Source of the DNA: an uncultured Bacteriovoracaceae bacterium
GTDB lineage: Bacteria > Desulfobacterota > Desulfomonilia > UBA1062
Length of the DNA stretch: 64,000 nucleotides
Direction of reading: 5' to 3'
Assembly: GCA_964513375.1 (NCBI GenBank)
Contig: CAZEMO010000005.1
Coordinates: 65,175-129,174, forward strand
Both the position numbers and the translations under genes were made by a program. The notes under the pieces were generated by a model. That model was not told the DNA's origin, searched no databases, and worked only from the letters and a program-made list of their open reading frames with translations. Below, piece after piece: positions 38,870 through 48,606 of the stretch; position 1 is the stretch's first letter; each line of letters begins with the position of its first letter.

Positions 38870-39002
38870 AAGATTTTAAACCTCATAACAATTTTACATC
38901 ATCAGTAATGTTTTTTCCATCTGTGATTAAAAAAACATGCTTGAAATTCAATTTTATTTACAATAATGCCGATATTCAAAATCAGGAGCAGGAATATAAA
39001 TT

Positions 39003-39548
39003 ATGATTATACTTATTGTAGCGGCGATAATATTGATGTCAGCACCCAATGAACCAATCCCTGATATGGTAGATTTCACGTTCATGGATCAGGAGGGGAA
39101 TGCCTACAGATCAACAAAACTTCTTGAGTATTCAAACACATATGAGGAAACTGACAAACACCCCATGATCCTGCTGATAGATACGCCTGACACAAATCAT
39201 CCTGATTTTAAAAAACAGTATGAAGAAATCAGAAAACTTGCTTTATCCGATGCCAATATTATCACTGTTGTTTCATGTCCGGTTGAAGAATATGATTCCA
39301 GTTTTCATACCGATATGGCCACTGCAGCATCCATACGTAATAACAGTAAATCGTTCAGAGTCATGTTGATTGACGGCAATGGAAAAGTAAGAAAACACTG
39401 GTTCAAATCAGCCAAGTCCAGAGACCTTGAAAAGATGTCTGTCAATACCGCAAAAATTGATTCAGGAACATACAAAGAAGAATTCGTGGCGGAAAAAATA
39501 TTTGCCTCGGATTCTTCTTTGATTGAAAACTCGGAAGCTGTTCACTGA
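39003..39548 (+). CDS. Hypothetical exported protein, possibly a thioredoxin-like fold without CxxC
   Basis: N-terminal hydrophobic segment. DFTFMDQEGN...PMILLIDTPD resembles a redoxin fold with the Cys pair missing. The call is weak. Confidence 0.3.
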   Translation: MIILIVAAIILMSAPNEPIPDMVDFTFMDQEGNAYRSTKLLEYSNTYEETDKHPMILLIDTPDTNHPDFKKQYEEIRKLALSDANIITVVSCPVEEYDSSFHTDMATAASIRNNSKSFRVMLIDGNGKVRKHWFKSAKSRDLEKMSVNTAKIDSGTYKEEFVAEKIFASDSSLIENSEAVH

Positions 39549-41200
39549 TTTGCTATTTCGACAAAAGGCTTAAGGTCGATCCTCACCCATGGTTCATCTG
39601 CACGGTAGTACCCGTATAGACATTCCATTATTAAATCCTGATTATCGAAGATGTCGTGATGGCCTTCGATTTCGCCGTCAATTTTATATCTTGTCCAGCC
39701 TTCATAACCGTTTTCTACAGACTCTTCTTTTCTGTTCGGGTTCATAAAGTCGATCAGATCACGTGCGGTTGCAAAATCAATTCTTCCATATTTATCCGTG
39801 ACCCTTTTTGCAAGGTCACTGTATCTGAGAAGGGTCCTTGACGTCTTCCAGTAGTTCTTCTGAAGAAGCTGCATCCAGGGAGAGAATGTTGTAAAAACCA
39901 TTCTGGGAATTATATAGTGATTGGCTGCAATTACCACATCATCATACACTTCGATCTGCGGTGGAAAATTCTCAAGCCCCTCGAATGCTGCGGGATATTC
40001 CCAGTCCTGCGGCCTTGTCATCACACCTCTTTCAGGCAAATCATCAGAGGGCAGTTTTTCTATCAGATCCCTCATGGATTCTTCAGTAAACAAGGGCAGG
40101 ATGTCAGGACCGTTAAACTCTTTGCCGTTTTTATCTTTCGCCATCCCTTCTTCAACAACTATTCCATTGGTATATTTTAAACTTTTTTCATTATCTGCAA
40201 TAACATAAACCCATGCCACACCCCTATTCTGGGACTTCATCCTCTCTACAGCCTCATCGAGGTTAGAACAGTTCTGGATAATATCGCGGATTACAAGCAG
40301 GCATCCCATGCCCGGCGTTTCCCTGGTCGCTCCGCCGAATACAACATCAACTCCCATTGACACTCCCTGGCTATTGATTCCGGCAGTCTGCCCGACAAAT
40401 CCCGGAGCGCCTAATGTAACAAAAGGTTTTCCTCCTTCAGGAATGTAGATTGTCATCAAGGCTTCATCCTGGTAGACACCTCCTGTTGCTAGCATGAAAT
40501 CCCTTCCGTGATAGACCTTGCCGTCAACCGTTGCATTGCCGGAAACCACAAACCCGTTGCATCCCAGAATATCTTTTGTAGCACCCTGGGTATTTGGTAG
40601 CCTTCCGGTAAAAAGAATCGAATACAGCGTGTCCAGACCTTCATTAAGCACAAGTACGTCATCGGCGGTTATCTGCTTGAAAGACGAATTGGCTGAATTT
40701 GCACCGTCAGCTACCCCTCTCATCTCATCCAGCAGGTATTCGGGTATCGCTTTGTCCTTGATAACAGCAGCTTTAGCAAGTGCTGTAGCCATATTTTTAA
40801 CCAAATTGAATAATGCTGTCCCTTTTTTGACATAGGCATACTCTTCAAGCAGATTATCAGTGTAAGTTTTTACCATGTTATAAGTTCCGCCCGGAAGAAG
40901 TCTCCCCATCTGATAGCCGAGGCTGTAGGGTTTGCCTGTAAGCACAATGCATCTTTTTTCCGGCCACATGGAATGCCTTGCCAGTATGCCGACATCTCCG
41001 TTGATGATAACCTCTTTCACAGCTTGAAATCCCTGCTGATTAAGGGCATCTATGATTGCCTCAGCTTTCTCGTTTGATTCACCCGGAACCGAATTGTTTG
41101 CCTCTGTATAATTATCATGTGATGATGAGCAGGCAGTAAATAAAACAATACAAACCAGCACCAGAACAGTAGAAATATTTGAAATTAAATTTTTCCACAT
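39542..41200 (-). CDS. Lipoprotein; putative Ntn-hydrolase of peptidase C45 / acyl-CoA:6-APA acyltransferase-like family
   Basis: Lipobox LFTAC. An internal ILGCNGFVVSGNATVDG motif looks like a Gly-Cys autoproteolytic/nucleophile site. Assigned on motif resemblance only. Confidence 0.35.
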   Translation of the reverse strand: MWKNLISNISTVLVLVCIVLFTACSSSHDNYTEANNSVPGESNEKAEAIIDALNQQGFQAVKEVIINGDVGILARHSMWPEKRCIVLTGKPYSLGYQMGRLLPGGTYNMVKTYTDNLLEEYAYVKKGTALFNLVKNMATALAKAAVIKDKAIPEYLLDEMRGVADGANSANSSFKQITADDVLVLNEGLDTLYSILFTGRLPNTQGATKDILGCNGFVVSGNATVDGKVYHGRDFMLATGGVYQDEALMTIYIPEGGKPFVTLGAPGFVGQTAGINSQGVSMGVDVVFGGATRETPGMGCLLVIRDIIQNCSNLDEAVERMKSQNRGVAWVYVIADNEKSLKYTNGIVVEEGMAKDKNGKEFNGPDILPLFTEESMRDLIEKLPSDDLPERGVMTRPQDWEYPAAFEGLENFPPQIEVYDDVVIAANHYIIPRMVFTTFSPWMQLLQKNYWKTSRTLLRYSDLAKRVTDKYGRIDFATARDLIDFMNPNRKEESVENGYEGWTRYKIDGEIEGHHDIFDNQDLIMECLYGYYRADEPWVRIDLKPFVEIANQ

Positions 41201-41470
41201 TGCCGCCTCCTTGAATTAGAAATTAAAGTAATAAATATTTCGCAATTAATATGCATTGATATATTTTAAAAAATTTAATGCTGACTTTAATTATTTTAAG
41301 GTAAAATACGTTGCAGGGCAAACAATTTTATTCATTCCCCATATTTTTCATACCAGCGAGTAATCCATTTATAAGATAAAAAAGAAGCGATTGCGAATGA
41401 TTAAATATCGGGTTAATGAAATTTATATCCGTGGCCGATAGAAAAAGTAACAATAAAGGAGGTTCAATAT

Positions 41471-41758
41471 ATGAAATGTACAAGATGCGGCTATACAAGC
41501 TTTGATTATCTGGACAGATGCAAGAATTGCGGCGAAGATATGGTCCAGGCAAAAATAAAACTTAACATTTATACAAAGCAGCCGGAACTCGACACAGGTG
41601 ATGAAGGTTTTCTTATCAACAGGGTAAGCAACATGTCCAAGGATGCCCTCGACACTAAAACGCAACAGAAACTGGGACAGTCATCAGTAGATGATCTTCT
41701 TAAGCAGGGTGCAAACAAAGGCACTAATTTTGATTTTGGAGAAGATAAAATTTCTTGA
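41471..41758 (+). CDS. Small zinc-ribbon protein (C-x2-C ... C-x2-C), unknown function
   Basis: 95 aa, MKCTRCGYTSFDYLDRCKNCGED. A strong AAAGGAGGT SD is present. Confidence 0.45.
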   Translation: MKCTRCGYTSFDYLDRCKNCGEDMVQAKIKLNIYTKQPELDTGDEGFLINRVSNMSKDALDTKTQQKLGQSSVDDLLKQGANKGTNFDFGEDKIS

Positions 41759-41793
41759 CAACACTTATCAAATTAAATAGACAACTCCGGTGT

Positions 41794-41869
41794 GCCGAGG
41801 TAGCTCAGTTGGTAGAGCAGGGGACTGAAAATCCCCGTGTCGGGGGTTCAACTCCCTCCCTCGGCACCA
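41794..41869 (+). tRNA. tRNA-Phe (anticodon GAA), CCA encoded
   Basis: Cloverleaf with acceptor GCCGAGG/CCTCGGC, D-arm GCTCAGTTGGTAGAGC, anticodon loop CTGAAAA, T-loop TTCAACT, and a 3' ACCA. Confidence 0.85.
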
Positions 41870-42009
41870 TTTTCTAAGCCCTTCAATAGAATTTTCTTTT
41901 TTTTGATTAATAACATGGAAAACATCAGAAAATTATCAATACAATCTAAAATTTCAGAATAAATCGTATCAAGTATTCCTGTCCTGTCAGATCAGATTGC
42001 AAATGCATA

Positions 42010-43080
42010 TCAGAATTTGCTGACCAGACGACTTATCGCGTCGAGCCTGTCCTTATCGGCGATTTTCGCCTTTTCTACAGCGCTTTTCAGGACTTCTATC
42101 GAATGGTCATAGTTCTTTCTGTCAACCGGGTAAGGGGTGCCGTCTTTACCGCCATGTGCGAATGAAAAAACAGCCGGGTCGGTTCGGCTGACTGGCGTCC
42201 CGTGTATAACCTCAGCGAGCAGCGATAACGCCCTTATCGTTTTAGGACCCGCACCTTTGGCTTCAAGGAGAGTGGTGAAATCCGTAGGATTCTGTTCATA
42301 GGTTTCGATGAGAACCCTGCGGATATTATCAGGGTTTATGTCGCGGAACATTACCTCATGTCTGAAAGGCAGGCTGTATTCCCTGGCCTTTTTCAATTCG
42401 CCGAGGACAAAATCCGGCCCCTCTTTCAGTATTTCAACAGAAGCATCCCTGGCATTATGGCTCGATTTCGCGGTAAGGTCATAGACTGATTGCAGGGCCG
42501 TTTGTGCTGTTATCCCTGCATGAGGCTCCTCGACGAAATCTTTCAGCGCCGGTGAATACCAGTGATACCTGCGGGCAGTACGCGCCTCTTCGTTCATTCC
42601 CTGCTGTACAACTGTCCAAGTAAGTGCCGAATCAAAGAACAGATTGTGATGGTAAAGCTGATGGCCGTCCTGAAGCGCATTGTTGTCAACCTTTGCTGAG
42701 AGCTTGCTGGCGCGTACCAGTGGAGCGGGCTCCACTCCGAGCCTCTCGCACCTTGTTTCAATATCTGAGGGCGTCTGTCTTGACCTGGCTCCTTTTCCCC
42801 CGCATGCATAAAAACCGATTTCATGCTCAATGCCTGTAATACCCTCTTTGATCGCGCCGCATACGGTTGTTGTTACACCGCTCGAATGCCAGTCAAATCC
42901 GAGCACACAACCCAGCGCCTGAAACCATAAAGGTTCTGACAGCCTTTTCAGGAGTTCGTCTGTACCGTAATCGAGTATGATCGCCTTTACGATCTCTCCA
43001 GCGAGAGCCTGCATCCTTTTAAAAAGCCATGCGGGCGCCCTGCCTCCGTGAAGGGGTGTTGTCATTATGCCTGTACGCAT
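42010..43080 (-). CDS. DUF763 family protein
   Basis: The N-terminus MRTGIMTTPLHGGRAPAWLFKRMQALAGEIV matches my recollection of the conserved DUF763 N-terminus (..DLPLHGG.APxWLF.RM). Confidence 0.5.
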   Translation of the reverse strand: MRTGIMTTPLHGGRAPAWLFKRMQALAGEIVKAIILDYGTDELLKRLSEPLWFQALGCVLGFDWHSSGVTTTVCGAIKEGITGIEHEIGFYACGGKGARSRQTPSDIETRCERLGVEPAPLVRASKLSAKVDNNALQDGHQLYHHNLFFDSALTWTVVQQGMNEEARTARRYHWYSPALKDFVEEPHAGITAQTALQSVYDLTAKSSHNARDASVEILKEGPDFVLGELKKAREYSLPFRHEVMFRDINPDNIRRVLIETYEQNPTDFTTLLEAKGAGPKTIRALSLLAEVIHGTPVSRTDPAVFSFAHGGKDGTPYPVDRKNYDHSIEVLKSAVEKAKIADKDRLDAISRLVSKF

Positions 43081-43133
43081 ATGATCGATTATTGAACTTT
43101 CAGGATATTTTGAAGTGATATTTAATACTTAAG

Positions 43134-43163
43134 AGGTGCACATCCCGCACAGGATGTGCACCT
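43134..43163. terminator. Perfect 12-bp stem-loop (aggtgcacatcc-cgcaca-ggatgtgcacct) downstream of the AOR/ferredoxin operon; candidate terminator
   Basis: Seen directly, 11 nt after the ferredoxin stop. The flank is AT-rich but has no clean U-tract. Confidence 0.4.
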
Positions 43164-43174
43164 CTTCATCAGGA

Positions 43175-43603
43175 CTAAGCCGCCTTAGGCACAGGCTTCG
43201 CCATTGCTATCGCATCGACCGGACATTCCGCTGCACAGAAGCCGCAGCCGATACAGGCCTTCTCGTCTTTCATGAAGGGTTTTGAATGCTTGTCTTTTCC
43301 CATGACCCCCGACATGGCAAGGCAGCCTGTTGGACAGGCTTCGACACAGATAACGCACGAATTGCATTTCTTTTGATTGAATACCGGCTTCTCCCATTCT
43401 GATTTTTTTACGGCAGTGCATATCCTGCCCAGGCTGTCTTTGACCGCCTGTTTGGGGCAGACTCTGCCACAGACTCCACACTCGATGCAGAGAGAGTCAT
43501 CTATCGAATGCAGGCTCTTCTGAGTGCCACTTATAGCGTTAGCAGGGCATATTCTTTTGCATGCGCCACAACCGTTGCAGACTTCTATAATCGTATAAGA
43601 CAT
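43175..43603 (-). CDS. Polyferredoxin, 4 x [4Fe-4S] binding motifs (AOR electron-transfer subunit, AorA-like)
   Basis: Four CxxCxxCxxxCP motifs. The start was set at the ATG (MSYTIIEVC) preceded by GGAGGA. The track start is a TTG. Confidence 0.8.
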   Translation of the reverse strand: MSYTIIEVCNGCGACKRICPANAISGTQKSLHSIDDSLCIECGVCGRVCPKQAVKDSLGRICTAVKKSEWEKPVFNQKKCNSCVICVEACPTGCLAMSGVMGKDKHSKPFMKDEKACIGCGFCAAECPVDAIAMAKPVPKAA

Positions 43604-43618
43604 CTGGCCATCCTCCAA

Positions 43619-45568
43619 TTAATTTATTCCCAGCTTTGTAAGGGTTTCAGCCTTTGGTTTGCCGGTTTCCGGATCCCAGCCGAATGCCGTCCAGTAATCT
43701 TTCAAAAGCTTGTCTATATCTACGGTTCTGCCTTTATTGGCGCCTTCGAGAAGGGGCGGAATACCCAAGGAACGGTCGTTTGCCTTATAAGACCTGGGCT
43801 CAATCCCATGCTTGACGTTAAACTGCTGTTTAAGTGTCTGAAGGCGCTCGCCGATTTCCATATAATCTTCAGGTGTATTGTTCCAGCCCGTTGCCGCATT
43901 AAGCCAGTCGAATGTCGGGGTCCGCTTGATTCCAAGAAATGCTCCGAACATGCATAAGCCTGAACCGTTCAGCACATTCATGAACTTGCTGCAGGCGTTT
44001 GACCATATGGCCTTTTCTTCATCGGCCTTGTATTTTGCATTCTTATGGTAAAGGGGCTTTACAGCAGGCAGATCCTTGACCTTTTTCCAGAGCTGGAACA
44101 TCTCATAATAAAGCCATGCCCCGATTGTATGCCTGCCGGGTGTAGGATCGGCACTGTAGTGCAGCCCGAAACCCGGGTCGCCCCTTCCGTCATGCATTGC
44201 GAGCTCCTGTCCGCCGGCATGTATAGCGTAACGTTCCGATCCTTTGCCAATTTTTTTTGAAGCGACCTTTGATCCGTCAGCAAGGAGATCGCCTATCCCT
44301 TCCCTCTTGATCATTTTCTGTATGAGCGAAATGATAGCTTGTGTATTGCCCCAGTTAAGTTCAAGGCCGTCCGTCTCGTCTTTCGTAAGTATTCCTCTCT
44401 CATAGCATTCAATAGCAAATGCTGCCGTGCCGCCCGCCGATATTGTATCCATGCCTGCACGGTTGAGAAGCTCGTTCATATAGAATATGCTGTCGGAATC
44501 CTCGTTCAAGCAAAGCCCGCCCAAAGCAAGCACACTCTCATATTCCGGTTTATGCGTTTCACTAAATTCGCCGGTCATTTTACAGATTCCGCCGCAGCCG
44601 AGAGGGCATGAATAACAGTGATATTTCACAATCTCGCAATCTGTGTATACATCCGGATTGACATGTATTGATTTTTTCATGCCAAAGTCCTTTTCGCTGC
44701 CGGACCAGTTCTTAATCGGAGAATCTCCCATTTCTGCTGAAACCTGGTTCATGCTCACCGTGCCCCATTTTCTGAGCATGACTTTATAGAGCATGCCGTC
44801 CTGTGCCATCTGGGTGGGAAGTATTCGCATGAATGCGCCAATAAAACCGGTCATGCTGCCGGGAACAAATGGCGGCTGCATCCCCACCCATTTGCTGCAT
44901 ATTTTGCTGAGATTTTTCATCACATCATGATCAGCAACAGGAATTCTCCTGCAACCATTCAGAACAACAGCCTTCAGCTTTTTTGACCCCATGACTGCGC
45001 CCAGGCCGGAACGCGCCGCAATCCTGCCCTTGTCATTGCATATGCCTGATATCAGCGAAAGCTTTTCGCCAGACGGGCCTATGCATGCGACTTTCGCATC
45101 ATGCCCGCACTCTTCAAGGAGCATCTCTTCTGTTTCAACGGCATCCTTTCCCCAGAGATGAGATGCGTCCCTCAATTCCATCTTGCCGTCACCGATGTAT
45201 AGATAAACGGGCTTTTCGCTTATGCCCGTAAATAATATTCCGTCATATCCCACCCTCTTGATTGCAGGAGAGAACTGACCGCCGCAATTGGCGTCTCCCC
45301 ATCCGCCTGTCAGAGGAGATTTGCCTACCGCCATCCATCTCCCTGAAAAGAGGCTTCCTGTTCCCGTGAGCAGTCCCGACATAAGCCCGAAGATATTATC
45401 CGGACCAAGAGGGTCTGCCCCTGCAGGAATTCTGTTAAAAAGGAGATAGGCCGCCAGACCGGTCCCGGAAAGATATTTTTTATAGATTTCATCCGGGATA
45501 ATTTCTTCCTTGAACTCTCCATTTGCCAGGTTCACAAATAGAACTTTCCCCATGTAACCTTTACCCAT
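43619..45568 (-). CDS. Aldehyde:ferredoxin oxidoreductase (tungsten-containing AOR family)
   Basis: 649 aa with the AOR N-terminal domain (KVLFVNLANGEF...GTGLAAYLL...GKSPLTGGWGDANCGG) and downstream cofactor/4Fe-4S ligand regions. A GGGAGG SD is present. Confidence 0.85.
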   Translation of the reverse strand: MGKGYMGKVLFVNLANGEFKEEIIPDEIYKKYLSGTGLAAYLLFNRIPAGADPLGPDNIFGLMSGLLTGTGSLFSGRWMAVGKSPLTGGWGDANCGGQFSPAIKRVGYDGILFTGISEKPVYLYIGDGKMELRDASHLWGKDAVETEEMLLEECGHDAKVACIGPSGEKLSLISGICNDKGRIAARSGLGAVMGSKKLKAVVLNGCRRIPVADHDVMKNLSKICSKWVGMQPPFVPGSMTGFIGAFMRILPTQMAQDGMLYKVMLRKWGTVSMNQVSAEMGDSPIKNWSGSEKDFGMKKSIHVNPDVYTDCEIVKYHCYSCPLGCGGICKMTGEFSETHKPEYESVLALGGLCLNEDSDSIFYMNELLNRAGMDTISAGGTAAFAIECYERGILTKDETDGLELNWGNTQAIISLIQKMIKREGIGDLLADGSKVASKKIGKGSERYAIHAGGQELAMHDGRGDPGFGLHYSADPTPGRHTIGAWLYYEMFQLWKKVKDLPAVKPLYHKNAKYKADEEKAIWSNACSKFMNVLNGSGLCMFGAFLGIKRTPTFDWLNAATGWNNTPEDYMEIGERLQTLKQQFNVKHGIEPRSYKANDRSLGIPPLLEGANKGRTVDIDKLLKDYWTAFGWDPETGKPKAETLTKLGIN

Positions 45569-45605
45569 GTTTTCCTCCCTTGCTCTTTTACAAGAAGAAG
45601 CTCAC

Positions 45606-45797
45606 TTATTTTATCGGTTCATGCGCCTTTTTGCCGTAGACCCTTTCATAGGCTTTGCAGTTGGGACACAAACTCCCTTCAATCGATTTGACAAACCAGA
45701 AGGCAATGCCGGACTGTTTCTTTCTTGCTGTTTTGCAGACCGGACAGGTCAAACACTTCTGTGCCATTTCTATATCTTTTGATGTTAAAGCAGACAT
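45606..45797 (-). CDS. Small Cys-rich zinc-ribbon protein inside the AOR cluster
   Basis: 63 aa with CLTCPVC ... CPNC. A strong TAGGAGGA SD is present. Confidence 0.45.
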   Translation of the reverse strand: MSALTSKDIEMAQKCLTCPVCKTARKKQSGIAFWFVKSIEGSLCPNCKAYERVYGKKAHEPIK

Positions 45798-45901
45798 AAT
45801 ATCCTCCTATCTAATCAGGTTATCACTATAATATATGCAATTTCCCCGCTTCAGTAAAGCGTTTCATAAATCGCTTTTACGTTGGTGCAGGAATCGATGT
45901 A

Positions 45902-47059
45902 TCAAAGCATAATTTCAATATCGGCAAGCGGATAGGCCATGCAAGGATGAATGTATCCAAATCGCCTGTCCGACTTCCTTAGTTTAACCCCGTTCGGCTG
46001 AAAGACCTTGCCGGATATGAGCTTTGTCCTGCAAAGACTGCACTCGCCTGAACGACACAAGGCAGGAATAATTATGCCGGCTCTTTCAAGTGAAATCATC
46101 AGGGGTTCCCCGGCAATTGCGTCTATGATTTTTTTCCCCTTGACAGATACCTTGAAGGTATCCTTTGCCTTGACGTCTGCAGGCCAGCCCGGCTGAAGCG
46201 TTATGTCTCTGGGGGCTCCCATAACCTCCACCCTGACCTTCCGGTGCGTAACTGACAGCTTTACAAGTTCGCCAAGGCAGAAATTATACATCACCTCGGG
46301 TCCGCAGACAAAGAATGTCCAGTCTCCGGGAGATATTGTATTTTTAATGAGATCCGCATTGATAAAACCCTTCTTTCCGGTAAAGCCCTCTGACGGTTCA
46401 GAGACGACAACATCAAAGGTGAAGTTCTTATTAGCTTCCGCAATCCTTTTGAGCTCATCAAGATATATGACATCCCCCTCAACCCTGCTGCCATAGAACA
46501 TATGGACCCTTCTGGCGGTATTTCTATCGGCCATTTCCCTGATCATGCTCATGAAAGGGGTGATCCCGCTGCCTCCCGCTATAAACACGAGGTTGCCGCC
46601 CTGATATAAAGGATTATAGTGGAAGTTGCCCGAAGGGGAAGAAGACTGAATGAGTGCTCCGACTTTTAATTCGTCAAGCAGATAATTTGATACGAAACCA
46701 TCGTCAACCCTTCTAACAGCAATCTCATAATAACCAGTCTGGGTCGGGGCCGAAGCAATACTGTACGGCCTGCTGGTCCTTATACCGCCGACATCAGTGA
46801 AAAGATTGATATACTGACCGGCCTGAAAAGGCGGCAGGTATCCGTCGGCGGAAACCAGCCTGAAAGATTTTGTGCTTGGCGTTTCCTGCCTTATTTCAGA
46901 AACAACAAGATTAAGCCTTCCGGGATGGAGTTCGTTGATTATCCTCTCCACTTCACCTTTTCTTGACTGGTAATCGAATCCGTATTTTTCAAGTGCGGCC
47001 GTGTCATTGAGCATCTCATCATAATTCTCAATTTGCTTAAATATATCTTTAGAGCCCAT
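45902..47059 (-). CDS. FNR-family FAD/NAD(P)-binding oxidoreductase with C-terminal plant-type [2Fe-2S] ferredoxin domain
   Basis: RPYSIAS (FAD), FIAGGSGITP (NAD), CRSGECSLCRTKL (2Fe-2S). The start was moved to the internal ATG (MGSKDIFKQ) preceded by AGGGGGA. Confidence 0.7.
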   Translation of the reverse strand: MGSKDIFKQIENYDEMLNDTAALEKYGFDYQSRKGEVERIINELHPGRLNLVVSEIRQETPSTKSFRLVSADGYLPPFQAGQYINLFTDVGGIRTSRPYSIASAPTQTGYYEIAVRRVDDGFVSNYLLDELKVGALIQSSSPSGNFHYNPLYQGGNLVFIAGGSGITPFMSMIREMADRNTARRVHMFYGSRVEGDVIYLDELKRIAEANKNFTFDVVVSEPSEGFTGKKGFINADLIKNTISPGDWTFFVCGPEVMYNFCLGELVKLSVTHRKVRVEVMGAPRDITLQPGWPADVKAKDTFKVSVKGKKIIDAIAGEPLMISLERAGIIIPALCRSGECSLCRTKLISGKVFQPNGVKLRKSDRRFGYIHPCMAYPLADIEIML

Positions 47060-47073
47060 ATATTCCCCCTTGT

Positions 47074-48564
47074 TTAACCTTTCAGCATTCTGGAAACCGA
47101 CCTTGCAACAGACGCCCCAGACTGTAGTGTCGGCTGGAACCCGCCTGCACCGTTCCATGCCCCGGTATAATAAAGGCCTTCGATTTCCGACCGGGAATCG
47201 ACGAACATGCTGGTCTCTCTCGTAAAGTGGTCTGAGCCGTATATAGAGCCGCCAGGATGCCCCAGATAGCGCATATGGGTAAGCGGAGTCGCCGGTTCAG
47301 CCTCTTCGATATGTTTTCTGAGATCAGGAAATACCTTTTCAGCAAGCTTCAGCATATGTTCTGCATAGCGGTACTTCATATCATAGTACTGTGAAGGTGA
47401 TACGCTCATCCATGGTTCGGCATATTGCAATACCACCAGGGAGGCCTGGCAGGCGCCCTCGGGGGAAAAGTCAGGATCATCGACATCATAGCAGGTGAGC
47501 AGTGAATATTCAGCCGGGTTCAACGTCTTCATGCTCATGTAAGCCTGATCAGCATCGGTTGTCGAACAGATGAAATTGGTTGCCTTTTCGATCCCTAGTT
47601 CCGACGGGTTGCAATCGAATCCCATGTAAAGAGTAAATGCTGAAAGTCCAACAGTCCTGGTGTTCAGCCTTTTCATCTCACCGGCCGGACAATTATCAAC
47701 TCCAACCATATCGACAAGAGTTCGTATGGGCCCGGCATTTGATATAACAGACCTCGTTGTCATCTCGTCACCGTCTTCGGTAACTACGGAAACTATCCTT
47801 CCGTTTTTCACATTGATTTTCTTTGCTTCACAGTTGAATCTTACATAACCGCCGTAACCGATAAAGGAATCGCACAATGCGTTAGACATCGCCTGTGAAC
47901 CGCCTTTCATATGCCAGGGCTTGAATTCGATATAAGCCCACAGCATAAGGGCGAAATCCATAAAGCTCAGTCTGCTGGGGGGAAGTCCGGCGTATCCCCA
48001 ATATATGGCCACCGCCCCCTGAAGAAGAGGGTCTTTAAGGTACTGATCCAGTATTGGCTGAGTTTCCTTGAGCGCAAGGCTGAAGAACAGCGGATATTTC
48101 TGGGGTGTCGCTTCTGGGTCTCTCATGAAGAGGACGTTTACCATCTCCATGGAAAATGCATATACAAGATCGAAGAACTTCCTGATGCCTTCCTTTTCCG
48201 AAGGAAATCTCTCCGTAAGCGTCTCCTCGATCGCCTTTCTGTCTGTCGTCAGGGTTATATCCATCTTTGAAGGAACCACTATGCGGTAAAGGTGCTTCTG
48301 CTGAACGAACTCTATCTTGTCCATCACGCCCAGATTGCTCAAGACACCCCTTAAAGGTCCGGGAAATTCGGGAAGCCCCAGTCCGCTCAGCTGATGCAGT
48401 GCGACTTCGAATTCGAACCTCCCCCTGATAAAACTCGTAGCGCAGCCTCCGGGAACATTGTGCTTTTCCAGGAGAAGAACATTGTGACCTTCTTTTGCAA
48501 GACCGGCTGCAGCAGTAAGACCGCCGTTTCCTGCACCAATTACCACAGCATCGTAATCAGACAT
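47074..48564 (-). CDS. Phytoene-desaturase-family (CrtI-like) FAD-dependent oxidoreductase
   Basis: N-terminal dinucleotide fold DAVVIGAGNGGLTAAAGLAKEGHNVLLLEKHNVPGG. 496 aa. An AAGGAGA SD is present. Confidence 0.65.
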   Translation of the reverse strand: MSDYDAVVIGAGNGGLTAAAGLAKEGHNVLLLEKHNVPGGCATSFIRGRFEFEVALHQLSGLGLPEFPGPLRGVLSNLGVMDKIEFVQQKHLYRIVVPSKMDITLTTDRKAIEETLTERFPSEKEGIRKFFDLVYAFSMEMVNVLFMRDPEATPQKYPLFFSLALKETQPILDQYLKDPLLQGAVAIYWGYAGLPPSRLSFMDFALMLWAYIEFKPWHMKGGSQAMSNALCDSFIGYGGYVRFNCEAKKINVKNGRIVSVVTEDGDEMTTRSVISNAGPIRTLVDMVGVDNCPAGEMKRLNTRTVGLSAFTLYMGFDCNPSELGIEKATNFICSTTDADQAYMSMKTLNPAEYSLLTCYDVDDPDFSPEGACQASLVVLQYAEPWMSVSPSQYYDMKYRYAEHMLKLAEKVFPDLRKHIEEAEPATPLTHMRYLGHPGGSIYGSDHFTRETSMFVDSRSEIEGLYYTGAWNGAGGFQPTLQSGASVARSVSRMLKG

Positions 48565-48606
48565 ATCGATCTCCTTATATTGAACGCAAAATGTGATTAT
48601 TCTATC

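Noticed and set aside
41328-41665. Two overlapping small minus-strand ORFs in the AT-rich region upstream of the zinc-ribbon gene
   Set aside because: They are AT-rich with a low-complexity translation. They overlap the well-supported plus-strand zinc-ribbon gene and its SD.
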